The position numbers and the translations under genes were made by a program. This document shows positions 42,121 to 54,200 of a stretch of 64,000 nt of DNA, piece after piece. The first letter of the stretch is position 1. Each line of letters opens with the position of its first letter. The DNA comes from Podarcis muralis (taxonomy: Eukaryota), in the NCBI RefSeq assembly GCF_964188315.1, contig NC_135660.1, positions 42,160,001-42,224,000 on the forward strand. Reading direction: 5' to 3'. The notes under the pieces are model-generated. The model ran no database searches, was not told the DNA's origin, and saw only the letters and a program-made list of their open reading frames with translations.

Positions 42121-45100
42121 TCTGAGATCTGGATGTTAGCATTGTCTCCATAGTGCCTGGGTTCCTCTTTTGAAAACCATTCATTCACATTGGGTTTTCT
42201 GCATCATTGTAGCCATTTTCTGGGGGAGCCTCTTCAGCCCCAATGCTGTGTGATATAGTTGGTATCTTACTTTTAGCAGTTTCAGTGAAATAACCCCCAG
42301 CATTTATTCCCTCCAGATGGAATGCAGCGTTATCTCCTCCTGGTTTATGCGGGCTTGACCGGTTCAGTCACCATGATCAGTTGCACGGTGCTCGCTCTTG
42401 CCCGTTTGCTTTTTGAGTTCAAAGGTGAGAGATCCAAATGCCAAAATCTTGCTGGATAATGTTTATAGCCTCAGTAGTTTAGTACAGAATTCTCCTGCGA
42501 TTGGCAGGCACCAAAAGTTGGGAGGCACCAAACAGAGTTTGGAGACTGCTATTTGAACTGTGCTTATTGCTAACGGATATGTCCAAGGGTAACATGAATG
42601 GTTGTATTCACTATCCTGAGCAGAGAGCTGTGTGCCCTTGGGGTTCCAAGCACCACACCAGTTGTAAGCACTCTGAGGCCTGTGCTGAGTTGCTGCTGAG
42701 CAGAAAACTTGCTGAAAGTAATCTGAGCCCTGTGTTGTCTGGCTCTCAGTAGAATCTGAAGAATTGAAGTATGTCTAAGATTAGCTTTACTCTACTGCAG
42801 AACACGTTGGGTCAGATGCCCTGGAGCAGCTCATGCAGCATGTCTGCCTCATGGTAGGCTCACGGACACGGGATGTCGTCAAGTCAGCTTTGGGCTTCCT
42901 CAAGGTCGCACTCTTGCTCCTGGACACGGCACTGTTGAGTCGGCACTTGGAGACCATGGTGAGAAGAGGGAATACACTAGGGCAGCCTGTAGGAAGGAAG
43001 GTTCTGGGAATAAGAGTAGCTTAGTTTGCGTAACTTAAAGGAAGTGACGCAGAAAGGTGCCTGAATTGATGGAGCCTATTTCTGCCCGTTGTCTTGTCTA
43101 GTTCCTGACTCAAGAGTTCATGGGTATATATTGGAATTAACGATCCACTCTTTTCCCAGCTTTGGTGAGGTGTTGTGCCACTTCTCGTGCTGTTGGGAAG
43201 CAGTAGAAGCCCGGGGAGCGGGGCAGGTTTGCACACATGCATGAGAGAGAGAACCAAGGGAATTCATTTCATGCAAGGTGTGGTTGGGGGGGAGGCATCA
43301 AAATTCTAAAGCTTGTGCTCTGCTTACAGTTAGAAGCCATAGGAGGATTGACAGACGACATGAGACGCCATTTCCGCATGAAGCTGCGAAACCTCCTCTC
43401 CAAAATGATCCGCAAATTTGGGTAAGTTCTGGGGTTAGAGGGAGGACCGGGGAGATCCTGTGTTGTGATGCTCAGGAAGGAAAACTTCTAAGATCTATAT
43501 CACATTGCTCATACACTGCTCACTCCAAAGCACTTGCTTCCTAGATGTGCTTGTCTTGAACTGTGCCATCTTGGATACAGCTTCATGCACACAAAACCTA
43601 TCTGGAGAGTGATGACCAAGCACTTGATAGTAGTCCAGATGTTGCTGGACTCCAAATGACATTAGCTCTAACCATTATGGCCAAAGGTCTGGGATTAGCT
43701 GGAATTTTAGTCCCAGCAGTTGGAAGACCACAGGTTAAGCATTGGTCTAATGTCTGTCTGACTTCCATGACTGGTAGTGGGGGATACGTGAGAGACTGAT
43801 TTCTGTGACACTGTTCTTCCATCTTTACTTCCCAGGTTTGAGCCTTTGCAGGCTTTGCTTCCTGAGTCGTATCGCAAGGTGCTGTTGAATATCCGCAAGG
43901 CTGAGGCAAGGAACCGCAAGCGGCAAGCTGTGAAACGGGCAGCAGCCACTTCTGTAGAAGAAGGAGGACCATCGCAACGACCCATGGGGGAGAGGTATTG
44001 ATGTAGTGCTGGTCTTGTCTTCATGTCATGCCACTGTTGAACCTAAAAGCTACAGTTTTTTAAGGCTAGAGCAGGAGGGGTGTCTGCCATGGCAAGTGCG
44101 TTAAAGGGGAAGTGTTCTTTATGTTCCTCTGCACCCTCAGTAAGTACTACTTGCATTGCCTCCTGCCTTCTTGTTTACAGTATGGAGGAGGTCCTGGCAG
44201 ACTCGGACTCTGATCTTGAAGATGACATCAAGCAGCAGAAAGGAAAAGAAACCAGGAAAGTGCTACGGCAACAAAGCCAGGCCTGGCTTAAGGAGGGAGA
44301 AGGCGATGAGCCCCTCAACTTCTTGGACCCTAATGTGGCCCAAAGGGTTCTGGGTAAGGAGCAGTTTGACAGTGGCACAATCTGCCTGTTCAGTTTCGGG
44401 AAAGTGGGAGATCATTTATGCTGAGATAAAGGGGCTGTCCTATCTCCTTGTAAGTCTTTTGTGATCTTCTTTTATGCAGCTACGAAACCAGGCACGGGCC
44501 AGGCTGCTAAAATCAGCCATGACTTCAAGGTATCAGCTGATGGCCGTCTCATTATATGTGAAGAGGAGGAGGAGGAAGAAGAAGGGGCTAAAGGTACTGG
44601 TGGATGGTCTAATGTATTCAGCTGAAAACTGGCCATCAGTGGTCTACAAACTATGACTGGGCTTGGTATCCAAGCAATAGTTTATGTTAACCAGCTGTGG
44701 AGTCCAGTTCCACTATGATAGTATCAATATTGTATACGTTTATTGATCCTGATACTGTTTGATGGAATTGTTTGACGTTAGATAACTTGGGCTTTATGTA
44801 GGCTGGTGAACATGTGATTTATTTGTTTTACTTTCAACATGTGATTCACTCCAGGGCTTTTGACACTTTTAGCCCTTTCAAGTTAAGACTGTTCACTGCC
44901 TTCACATAAAATTATAATGTGCTTAAATATGTATTTACTTCAAACTATTTTTATACTGCCCTTCCATTAAAATAATTAAATAATTATAATGTAATAATAT
45001 AATAATATACTGGAAACATAAAGCAGTCCAATAAAACATACAATACAATGTAGTTACCACCACAGAGAAAGCACTCTTCCATGTAATCACAAATGGAGTT

Positions 45101-48100
45101 GGTGCCATAGGATGCAACGCAAATCAGCAGCGCCTCCTCCAAATATCTTAGGGAACATCTAAAATATGTTTCTCAGGGCTTACCAGCTGTTAAATGTTAA
45201 CCCAACTTACATTGTTTCCTGGTAATAAAAAACAGCAACCAAAATGTGTGTGGATTATTACAAAAATGAAGCACTAGCAGTTTTTCAAAGAGTGTTCTGG
45301 TGTGCTTGTGGCATGATTGCAGTCCTGTCCATACTCTTCTGAGAGTAAGCTCCTTTGAACACTTTGGTGTTTGCTTCTGATTAAAGTTTTATCATTTCAA
45401 CATGTAAAAACAATTTGAACAGCTGAAATGCATACTTTTAAATATAAATGCAAATGATTTTACAATGATGTTTTATGTATTGTTCTCACGCTGATTTTTG
45501 TTCTGTGTTACAGGAGTGGATGAAGAGATGGCAGATCTTATGCAGGAAGTCGGGATCCGAAGTGTAAGTACTGAGACATGGGCAGGAGGGGGGGGGAAAT
45601 AGGAATTTCAAGCATTTTCTTTAAAGGCCCACGCAGTTGCCAAGGTGAATTGCTTGCTGAAATCAAAGGGGAACTGAGCTTGACTGTCAAATACAGTTCT
45701 TGTTACCAAGCAGATAATGCAGGAGAGGGAGAAGGCCTTGGACCCTAGTGAGAAGCCTAATTCATGTAGCAAGTGCTGATGCTTGGAAACTCTGTTGCAG
45801 AAAAAGGCTCAAAAGCGCAGATTCCGGGAAGAAGCAGATGATGAGGAACTGGGCACTGATGCAAAACCACAGTATAAGGGTAAGTGCTTTTTTCTGGGCT
45901 GGTGCTGTGGACTTAGCTGCCTTATCACATTGGATACATATCCCTTTAATAGGGAAGGGAAAGAGAATGAGATGCTGCTTAAGGTTATTTATATACCACC
46001 ATCTCAGAAAATTTCAGGATGGTATACAATGAAATGTTTACGTAAAACACCATTAAAAAGAGTACAAAATAATCATTTCAATCAGCTGTATAGGCCTCCT
46101 GGCATAAGTAGGTCTTTGAGAGATGCCTGAAAGTCAAAAGCTAGGATACCTGCCAAATCTCTGCTGGAAGAGTGTTCCACACCATGGCCAACTTCTACTC
46201 AAGTCCAGTTGGACCTCTGAAACGGGGGATAATGTGTTGTGCTTATCCTACAAAACCTCTCAGTGCTGTGTCTTGCTCCCAATTAAACCTTAACACCGAT
46301 AGCCCATCCGTAATATGCTTTCTCGTGCTGCTGAAGCACAATAATGTGGTGGGGGAAGTGTTTCAAACAGGCTGGCTGCACTTTAAGCATTGTTGGCTAC
46401 AAGAAGCCTACAATCCACTGGCGGACTAGACAGAAACCTTTTTGTACAGCTGAGAGAAGCCTAGAAACTATTCCATTATTGTTTGTTCTTCACAGCTGGA
46501 GGTGTTGGAATCCATCGGCCTATTGGCAAGAATGCAGCACCTAGGCAAGCATACAAGGCAAAGGTAAGATTGTGATGTGAATAGTTAGGGCCTGGCATTG
46601 TCATAACTCCCAGAAGTTGATTATTTGTATAGAGCCACTTTTTCCACATCATAGGAACCCTTGTTTATTAGACTTACCAAGCAACTCCATAATCCAGCGC
46701 ATGTTTGCCGGAAGAAATACCAACAACCTCAGATATGCAGATGACACAACATTGATGACAGAAAGTGAGGAGGAATTAAAGAACCTTTTAATGAGGGTGA
46801 AAGAGGAGAGCGCAAAATATGGTCTGAAGCTCAACATAAAAAATCCAAAGATCATGGCCACTGGGCCCTTCACCTACTGGCAAATAGAAGAGGAAGAAAT
46901 GGAGGCAGTGAGAGATTTTACTTTCTTGGGCTCCATGATCACTGCAGATGATTACAACAGCCACGAAATTAAAAGACGCCTGCTTCTTGGGAGAAAAGCA
47001 ATGACAAACCTAGACAGCATCTTAAAAAGCAGAGACATCACCTTGCCAACAAAGGTCCGTATAGTAAAAGCTATGGTTTTCCCAGTAGTGATGTATAGAA
47101 GTGGGAGCTGGACCATAAAGAAGGCTGATCGCCGAAGAATTGATGCTTTTGAATTATGGTGCTGGAGGAGACTCTTGAGAGTCCCATGGACTGCAAGAAG
47201 ATCAAACCTATCCATTCTTAAGGAAATCAGCCCTGAGTGCTCACTGGAAGGACAGATCGTGAAGCTGAGGCTCCAATACTTTGGCCACCTCATGAGAAGA
47301 GAAGACTCCCTGGAAAAGACCCTAATGTTGGGAAAGATGGAGGGCACAAGGAGAAGGAGAAGACAGAGGACGAGATGGTTGGATAGTGTTCTCGAAGCTA
47401 CCAGCATGAGTCTGACCAAACTGCGGGAGGCAGTGGAAGACAGGAGTGCCCGGCGTGCTCTGGTCCATGGGCTCACGAAGAGTCGGACACAACTAAACGA
47501 CTAAACAACAAACCAAGCAACTCAAGTACAGATTCATAGTATCAAAGTATGTTAAAGGATGTCTTGGTACAGACATTGAAGATTTCTTGTCTCCTACCAG
47601 GAAATTTCCTTGACTTACTTATGGCAGTCTTCTACATAGTACAGCATTCTATTAAATCCCACCATAAACACAGGGCTGCAGGCTGGCTCCCTTTTAAAGA
47701 CGAATCTCTGTATCTCTAAGCTAGATCCGGTTTTGAATAATTGATCTGAATGTGAGGCATTGATAGACGTTGTGAGAGCTGATGTGAATGCCCATTTTGG
47801 CGGAAGTCTACATTTTTCCATGTCTTGCTTCTAGTCACTAAGCACCGATTCTCTTCTGTTTCTACAGAAAGGCAAAGGTGATATCAAGAAGGGCCGCCTG
47901 GATCCTTATGCCTACATCCCACTGAACAGAGCCAAACTTAACAGAAGGTATGATATGGGGATGCTGTTGGGAGAGCATAGGAAGCTGCATATACTAGGCC
48001 ATACTGCTCATTCATATAGCTGACTATTACCACAATGACCAACCACAGCTCTTTAGGGAGGTCTTTGCCATCACTTGCTACCTGGTTGGAGATGTTAAGC

Positions 48101-48684
48101 ACTGAATCTGGCACCTTCTGCAGGCAGATCATGTCCTCTATCACTTGGATTGGTCCCTAGCCAGGAGAAAAGTGGAATGTGGAGACATTCGGTTGTGCAG
48201 ATTATGGGTTGCATCCATTGTTAGTTCTGCTTGGCGTGGAAACATTGAAATTAATGGCCTTGACTAACTTAGGCCCTTAATTTCAACAGGTCTACTAAGA
48301 GTAGAACTTAACTCTATGCAACTCAGTGTCACTGTTCAGGATTTCCCTCTATCTGTAAAATGCTGCCATGGAGTTGTGTGTGCTTGAAACCAGCAGTGTT
48401 CTCTTATCTCAAGCACTCTGCTGGATATTCTTCAGATTTGAAGTTTCCTTTTTAACTGGTATCCCAGATCTGCTTTTGCTGCAGAAGCAGGGCACCTAAA
48501 TGCCTCCATGGGAGAACTACACATGTACCTGCTGTGCTTGTGGCAGTACTCATTCTAACCTCTTCTCTCTCTTTCTGGCAGGAAAAATGCAAAACTTCAG
48601 GGACAGTATAAGGGCCTGATGAAGGGGGCCCAACGTGGTGCCCAGGCAGGCAAGAGGCATCGTAAGAAGCAGCCCCATGTCTGA
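26705..48684 (+). CDS. RRP12: RRP12-like protein (ribosome biogenesis/40S export HEAT-repeat protein), complete, 34 exons, 1296 aa
   Basis: Exons: 26705-26843, 27724-27965, 29117-29200, 30071-30147, 31156-31261, 31718-31834, 32104-32242, 32391-32518, 32834-32932, 33147-33238, 33328-33439, 33992-34092, 34188-34302, 34590-34732, 35262-35383, 35943-36007, 36130-36292, 36561-36715, 38561-38628, 39041-39134, 39896-40054, 40196-40276, 41211-41316, 42317-42424, 42801-42958, 43330-43421, 43836-43994, 44181-44353, 44480-44593, 45514-45563, 45801-45879, 46496-46563, 47868-47947, 48582-48684. Total 3891 nt, open and phase-consistent. Motifs [79 protein letters not shown] match human RRP12. Confidence 0.96.
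27124..27365 (+). mobile_element. Tc1/mariner MITE, family A (RRP12 intron 1)
   Basis: Same TIRs and body, TA flanks, internal 15-bp duplication (CATACGCTTCAGGTT/CATACACTTCAGGTT). Confidence 0.9.
28275..28488 (+). mobile_element. Tc1/mariner MITE, family A (RRP12 intron 2)
   Basis: Same TIRs and body, TA flanks. Confidence 0.9.
30845..31095. mobile_element. Tc1/mariner MITE with a central perfect palindrome (RRP12 intron 4)
   Basis: Ends TAGTGATACCTTGGA / TCCAAGGTATGACTG with TA flanks; 23-bp perfect inverted repeat at 30972-30994 / 30998-31020. Confidence 0.75.
36484..36524. repeat. (TTTC)n microsatellite in RRP12 intron 17
   Basis: About 10 units, ending about 36 nt before the exon 18 acceptor. 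Confidence 0.95.
36993..37680 (-). mobile_element. L2/CR1-group LINE 3' fragment ending in an (ATT)n tail
   Basis: Minus translation [24 protein letters not shown]|[10 protein letters not shown] becomes continuous once the MITE is removed; (AAT)21 on plus at 36993-37055 is the tail. Confidence 0.7.
37175..37530. mobile_element. Tc1/mariner MITE nested in an L2-like LINE (RRP12 intron 18)
   Basis: TIR CAGTGGTGCCCCGCAAGACGAA / TTCGTCTTGCGAGGCACCACTG, TA flanks, several internal CGCAAGACGAA repeats and GCTAA tandem repeats. Confidence 0.85.
42070..42117. repeat. (ATT)16 microsatellite
   Basis: Read directly from the sequence; may be a retroposon tail. Confidence 0.95.
46688..47511 (+). mobile_element. 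Bov-B (RTE) LINE, 5'-truncated, in RRP12 intron 32
   Basis: Open RT C-terminal frame [10 protein letters not shown]...[19 protein letters not shown]...QYFGHLMRR; CTAAACAAC tail; 12-bp TSD ACCAAGCAACTC (46676-46687 and 47512-47523). Confidence 0.95.
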
Positions 48685-49013
48685 AGAAGACAGATCCCCT
48701 CGAAACTCCTCTGGGGTGCAGTTCCTGTCAAGGCAACCTGACTCTGGATCTGGTTGCTGCCACCTCACAACCTGAGCTGCTCTTTGAAAGTGGAATGAGA
48801 TCACTAATTCCACACAGTTGCAGTGTATACTTTTCTCAGCCAAAAAACGGTGAAGATGTATATTCTAGCCCAGACTCCCTTCTACTATTTATGGAGCTAC
48901 GCAGTAGGGCTCTTCTCACCAGATGCTACTGCCATGTTTTTTTGCACAACTATGTGTGCTTCATCTAGCCTTGAACTTTGTGCAAGAGAGAGAAGTGTAA
49001 TGAACTTCTGAGC

Positions 49014-49019
49014 AATAAA
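49014..49019 (+). terminator. RRP12 polyadenylation signal
   Basis: AATAAA 330 nt after the stop codon, followed by T/GT-rich sequence. Confidence 0.6.
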
Positions 49020-49547
49020 TGTAACCAATGGAAGTTGGTTGTGTAAAAGCTGCTGTTCCCATCTGTCTACTTTTTCTGGCTTGAAAAGTGCCAGAACTAG
49101 CAACATAGTTGTGCTTTTCGGACCTATGCTAAACCTTCTAAGAAGTTTAACATTTCTCTGCATTTCAGGATTTATTCTATGAGGAAAGTGACTGGTTGGT
49201 ACTTGTGAAAATTAGAAAATAGTAGTATTATAATCAGAGGCAGAAAGCTATGATAAATTCTGATTCAAATTCCATGTGCCCATTTTATATGTTCTCTTGG
49301 TACATACATCCCAGTCAAGGAGTGTACCAGTCACAACACATGCACAGCCAGTGAATCCACAATGAGGAGAATGTCTACCCCACACACATGCAAAATCATG
49401 CCATAGTTCCTGCAATCAGTCCCAGTTGCTCAGGCAGCAACAACCCCCCCCTTCACACAGTGATTTTGAATCCCCCCCACCTGCTGCTCACAAGTCTTAT
49501 TAATTAAAACACAAAGCACAGAGCATCCTTAACTTCCTTCATTGATT

Positions 49548-49740
49548 AGGTAAAGGTAAGGTAAAGGACCCCTGGATGGTTGAGTCCAGTCGAATTACAC
49601 ACTCATCTCTTTTGGGACGAGAGCCGGCGTTTGTCCGCAGACAGCTTTTCCGGGTCATGTGGCCAGCATGACCACAGCGGTACCTATTTATCTACTCAAG
49701 CTGGTATGCTTTCAAGCTGCTGGATTGGCAGCAGCAGGGA
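49548..49740 (-). mobile_element. Sauria SINE fragment
   Basis: AGGTAAAGGTAA tail and GGTACCTATTTATCTAC core on the reverse strand. Confidence 0.75.
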
Positions 49741-50899
49741 CAAAGCAACAGGAGCCATTATCTCCGTATCTACAAGCTATCAATACAAGCTGGGGGTGGA
49801 CCGTGAGTACACTGGCAAGGCAGATGTCAGGAAAAAAACCCTCAGCAAAAGTTTGCATGGCAGTTCATGATTCACTAACCAGAGCAATAATCACCCAACC
49901 CTTTCTTATTTCAAAGGTTGACAAGATCTACAAAAGCCATAATGCACCAAACTATTTTTTGATGCATGTGAGTCAGGGATGGGGTTGCCATTTAATATCT
50001 AGTTTGCAACAGTGACATTTCATTTGAGACAATACAGAGCCAGGCAGATTTGGTGTGAGCTCTGAGGAGAGTATTCCTCCTTTTGTAGATGCTTGTAATT
50101 GATGCTTTAATTGAGATCTCTGTATTGCAGGGGGTTGAACTAGATGATTTTCTGGGTCCCTTCCAACTCTATAATTCTATGATTTTATGAAGACTTAATC
50201 CTAAAAGCTATACTATAAAGATAAAACTACTAACTCTGGAATAGTTCCAGTGGCATTACAGAAACAAGCACATCAGTTTACACTATTTTAATTCTAATAT
50301 TTGGGTAAAAGATGAGTCTTCAGTAGGCCTTGACTAGCAGCACATAGTAATTTTTTTGCCATTTAATAGTTACATCTTATGCAAATGCATTCAACAAACA
50401 CAAATTTTCCCCTTCGCAGGCATTTGAAATCAAATTTGTGCTATTTTGTTATTTTTTCAAATACACTGCTAGCTGATGTGGAGTTGTAATACCTTGGGGG
50501 CGGGAAACCTCTCTGCCTTTTTATAGTGCAAGTAACAATAGGTTTGCACTGCAGAAAGTTTTAAAATATGTTCAGCTTTTGGGGGAAAGACCGTAACTGG
50601 TAGAATACAAATTTGTTGAACTGGTCCCTGTAGCTGTGCTTTCTCAGCCGATTTCTGTGTCTCGACTTACTAGGGAAGGTGCAAGAGCAGTCCTGGCCTG
50701 CTTATTTTAATGGTTAGTTGGCAACCTTATTAGGACACCTACCAACTTGGAAGGGCAGAGAGCTCACACACAAGTGGACCTTTTGCCACACGAGCTCTGC
50801 ATCTCCCTGCCATAGCGACAACTACTACCTATTCCGTTAAGGGGGCAGGAAATATACGAGGGACAGGAGCAGAGAGCTGTCGCTTCTAAGGGCTGCAAG

Positions 50900-51250
50900 C
50901 GCTTCCTTTCGCCTACTAGGTCACAGCGTAACACCGTAGCTGTCAAGAAGGCGCTGGAAATGTCGCCGAGAAGACTACAAGCCCCAGAAAGCTTAAAGCC
51001 CCATTCTGGGTTTGCTCTCCCCGCCCCCCGTCCACTTGTCTTTGTGGGGTATTTCTCCTCCTCCCCGCTCCTCGGTTTTCAACGGCGCTTCCAGGCTTGA
51101 TGGTCGTTAGGCTTTTGCCGTGTTCGAACAGGCCAATGGCTGCGCGGCCATGAGGCGGCGGTGGGTGGGACTATTTTGCAAACGGCCAATAGGCTTTTGC
51201 AGTTGAAGCGACCAATCGGAAGGCAAGGCGGCAGATATGAGATGGCGGCG
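50900..51250 (+). promoter_or_regulatory. ARHGAP19 CpG-island promoter with three CCAAT boxes
   Basis: CCAAT at 51133, 51186 and 51212; CHR-like TTCGAA at 51123-51128; ACTACAAGCCCC (ZNF143-associated-like) near 50974; YY1-like GAGATGGCGGC overlapping the ATG. This layout is typical of NF-Y/cell-cycle promoters (inference). Confidence 0.65.
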
Positions 51251-54200
51251 GAGTCGGCTTTGAGGGGGAGAGGAGGAGAGAAACGAGCGGGCAGGTAGGT
51301 CGGTCCGCCGAGGTAGCGTGGCCAGAAGTCTTTGAGAAGCTGAAGTGGGTCAGGTGAGGGCGGGGTTGAGGCAGAAACAAGGCATAGGGTATACGAGGCT
51401 TTCGCTGTGGTGCCTCAAGCATTTGTGCGGCCTTGGGACGTGGGGCCTGTGGTCCTGCCTCTAGGGCAAGCTGTTTCATAGAGCGGAGGTGCAATGCTCT
51501 GAAGCACCCCGTCTGCTCTTACTCTTTGCCCAGGGGCTGAGGAGAGCAAGGGGGGCGGAGCTCCCTTCTCCCTCTAGACGCGCCTGGGCGAGGAGGAAGT
51601 CTGGGGTGGAGCAGAGATGGGAGTGAGTAAGGGGCGACATGACAGAAGAATCTGATAACATTACGCTTGGCATAATAGATTGTTGTTGTTTAGTCGTTTA
51701 GTCGTGTCCGACTCTTCGTGACCTCATGGACCAGAGCACGCCAGGCACTCCTGTCTTCCACTGCCTCCCGCAGTCTGCTCAAACTCATGCTGGTAGCCTC
51801 GAGAACACTATCCAACCATCTCGTCCTCTGTCCTCCCCTTCTCCTTGTGCCCTCCATCTTTCCCAACATTAGGGTCTTTTCCAGGGAGTCTTCTCTTCTC
51901 ATGAGGTGGCCAAAGTACTGGAGCCTCAGCTTCACGATCTGTCCTTCCAGTGAGCACTCAGGGCTGATTTCCTTAAGAATGGATAGGTTTGATCTTCTTG
52001 CAGTCCATGGGACTCTCAAGAGTCTCCTCCAGCACCATAATTCAAAAGCATCAATTCTTCGGCGATCAGCCTTCTTTATGGTCCAGCTCCCACTTCTATA
52101 CATCACTACTGGGAAAACCATAGCTTTTACTATACGGACCTTTGTTGGCAAGGTGATGTCTCTGCTTTTTAAGATGCTGTCTAGGTTTGTCATTGCTTTT
52201 CTCCCAAGAAGCAGGCGTCTTTTAATTTCGTGGCTGCTGTCACCATCTGCAGTGATCATGGAGCCCAAGAAAGTAAAATCTCTCACTGCCTCCATTTCTT
52301 CCCCTTCTATTTGCCAGGAGGTGATGGGCATAATAGATAGAGGAAGGTTTTCTCCCTCTCCCATAACACTAGGACGCGTGGACATCCAATATAGCTGAAT
52401 GTTGGAAGATTTAGGACAGATGAAAGACGAGGTCATAATTGGTCAAACTATGGAACTCATCCTGCCAGGAGGCAGTGATTGACACTAACCTGGAAGGCTC
52501 GAAAAGAGGATTAGACATTCATGGAGGAGAGCACTACCAATGACTGCCAGCCATGATGTGGTTGTGCAATACCTCCACAGTTGGAGGCAGCAAGGGTTCC
52601 AAATAGCAGTTGCTGGAAACTTCACCGTGAGAGTAGGCTCACGGTGGTTTCCCACTGTGAGAACAGGTTGCTGGATTAGATCCAGCAGGCTCGTCTTATG
52701 TTCTTATGAAGGGAAATCCTAGTGATTCGGGACTGGGAAAGTTTTTGGGGTAGTTGTTGGGTGGGATGAAGGAGAGATACAGAGGATGTCAAAGTTCCAA
52801 TCTAGTTGACATGTGGTTCTTCTAGATATTTATTGCATTTATTGCATTTATATACAGTACCAGTTTTTTCTCCAAGGAGCTCAGGGTGACGTACATGGTT
52901 CTTCCCCTTCCTCATTTTATCCTCACAAGAAGCCCATAAGTAGGTTAGTGCTGAGAGACAGTGACTGGACCAATGTCACCCAGAGAGCTTAATGGCCGAG
53001 TGAGGAATTGAACCCTTGGTTTCATAGGGTCTAGTCTGGCACTAGCCACTATGCCACACTGTCTTTCCATGTGCCAGTGTGCCCACCTAAAGTACAAAGT
53101 GTGGCTCTTCCCTAATTTCGAAGGAATAGTGTTCATACAGAACTAATGTGGTGTACTGGTTAGTGTAGGACTAGAATCTGGGAGACCAGGCTTCATAGCT
53201 CTGCTTGACTCACTGGGTGAATGTGGGCCAGTCAACCTTTCTCAGCACTAACCTACTCATAGGCTTGTTGTGAGGATAAAATGGGGAGAGGAAGAAGTAT
53301 GTAGCCATCTTTAGCTCCTTGCAGAAATTGTTGGATGTAAATATATCAAGAAATAAATGCAATGTGTTAATGGGTTAATAATACAACAGCTGCTACTTCA
53401 ACCATTATTGGAATGATAAATTTCAATACTATGCAAGAAACAAGTCAGAATAAAATTTCTTTTTTAGAATACATTTTATTAATTTTCCAGAAGACATTTT
53501 CAAAACAATTGGTTCCCCACTCCCCCATAATAGAATACTAATGCGTCAAATTTTCCCATAAATCTATATCCATAATGTCAGTCATCATGGCATTTATTTG
53601 AATATTTTATAATGGGATGCCATATCGCAACAAAATATTGGTTGCATCATTCAGGTCATGTACTCTTAGTTAGTTTCTCAAATAAAGCAAGTGTCCACAT
53701 ATTCTATTTCCATTGTGTGGTGTGTAGATGATCAAGTCCTTTGCAGTTTGTTTGTTTTTTGCTATGAGTAGTTGTGCCACTACTAGAAGAAAGGTAGTAA
53801 GTTCCTTGTGTAATAAAATAAAATTTCTATTCTAGAAACATCCTCCTTGCTTTGTGACCTTTTGATTTTTTCCCAGGGCTTCAGCATGTTTATTCTTCAC
53901 ATCCTGTAGGTTAAATGGCTTCTTTGCTCAAGCTTGATGGAGTCTGCTGTAGAGTTAATAGTTTATTTTCTGCTGTATTTTTAAAGGAGCACCAGTTCTT
54001 TTTTTAGGAGCTGCAGTTGGAGCAATGATGTTTGATCTTACAATGTAATCTTCAAAGTCATCCATTAGCTTTGATACAGACAGCATGACTACGGCTCTGT
54101 TTGTAAGAAATGCCAAAATGATGCTCAGTATTCATTTCTCCACAACAGGCATGTTTTATTAAGCAGTTGGTTCCTCCATAGCTTATTTTCTGACCACCTT

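Noticed and set aside
41957-42188. Poly-Leu / poly-Ile ORFs
   Set aside because: Translation of the (ATT)n microsatellite.
50939-50985. AVKKALEMSPRRLQ, faintly like the FRAT motif IKEAVRRL
   Set aside because: Too short and gapped to be meaningful; lies in promoter sequence with no surrounding FRAT similarity.
51718-52398. 226-aa plus-strand ORF (and the 174-aa minus ORF at 46952-47476)
   Set aside because: These are antisense shadows of the Bov-B RT frame, present in both copies; no independent gene signal.
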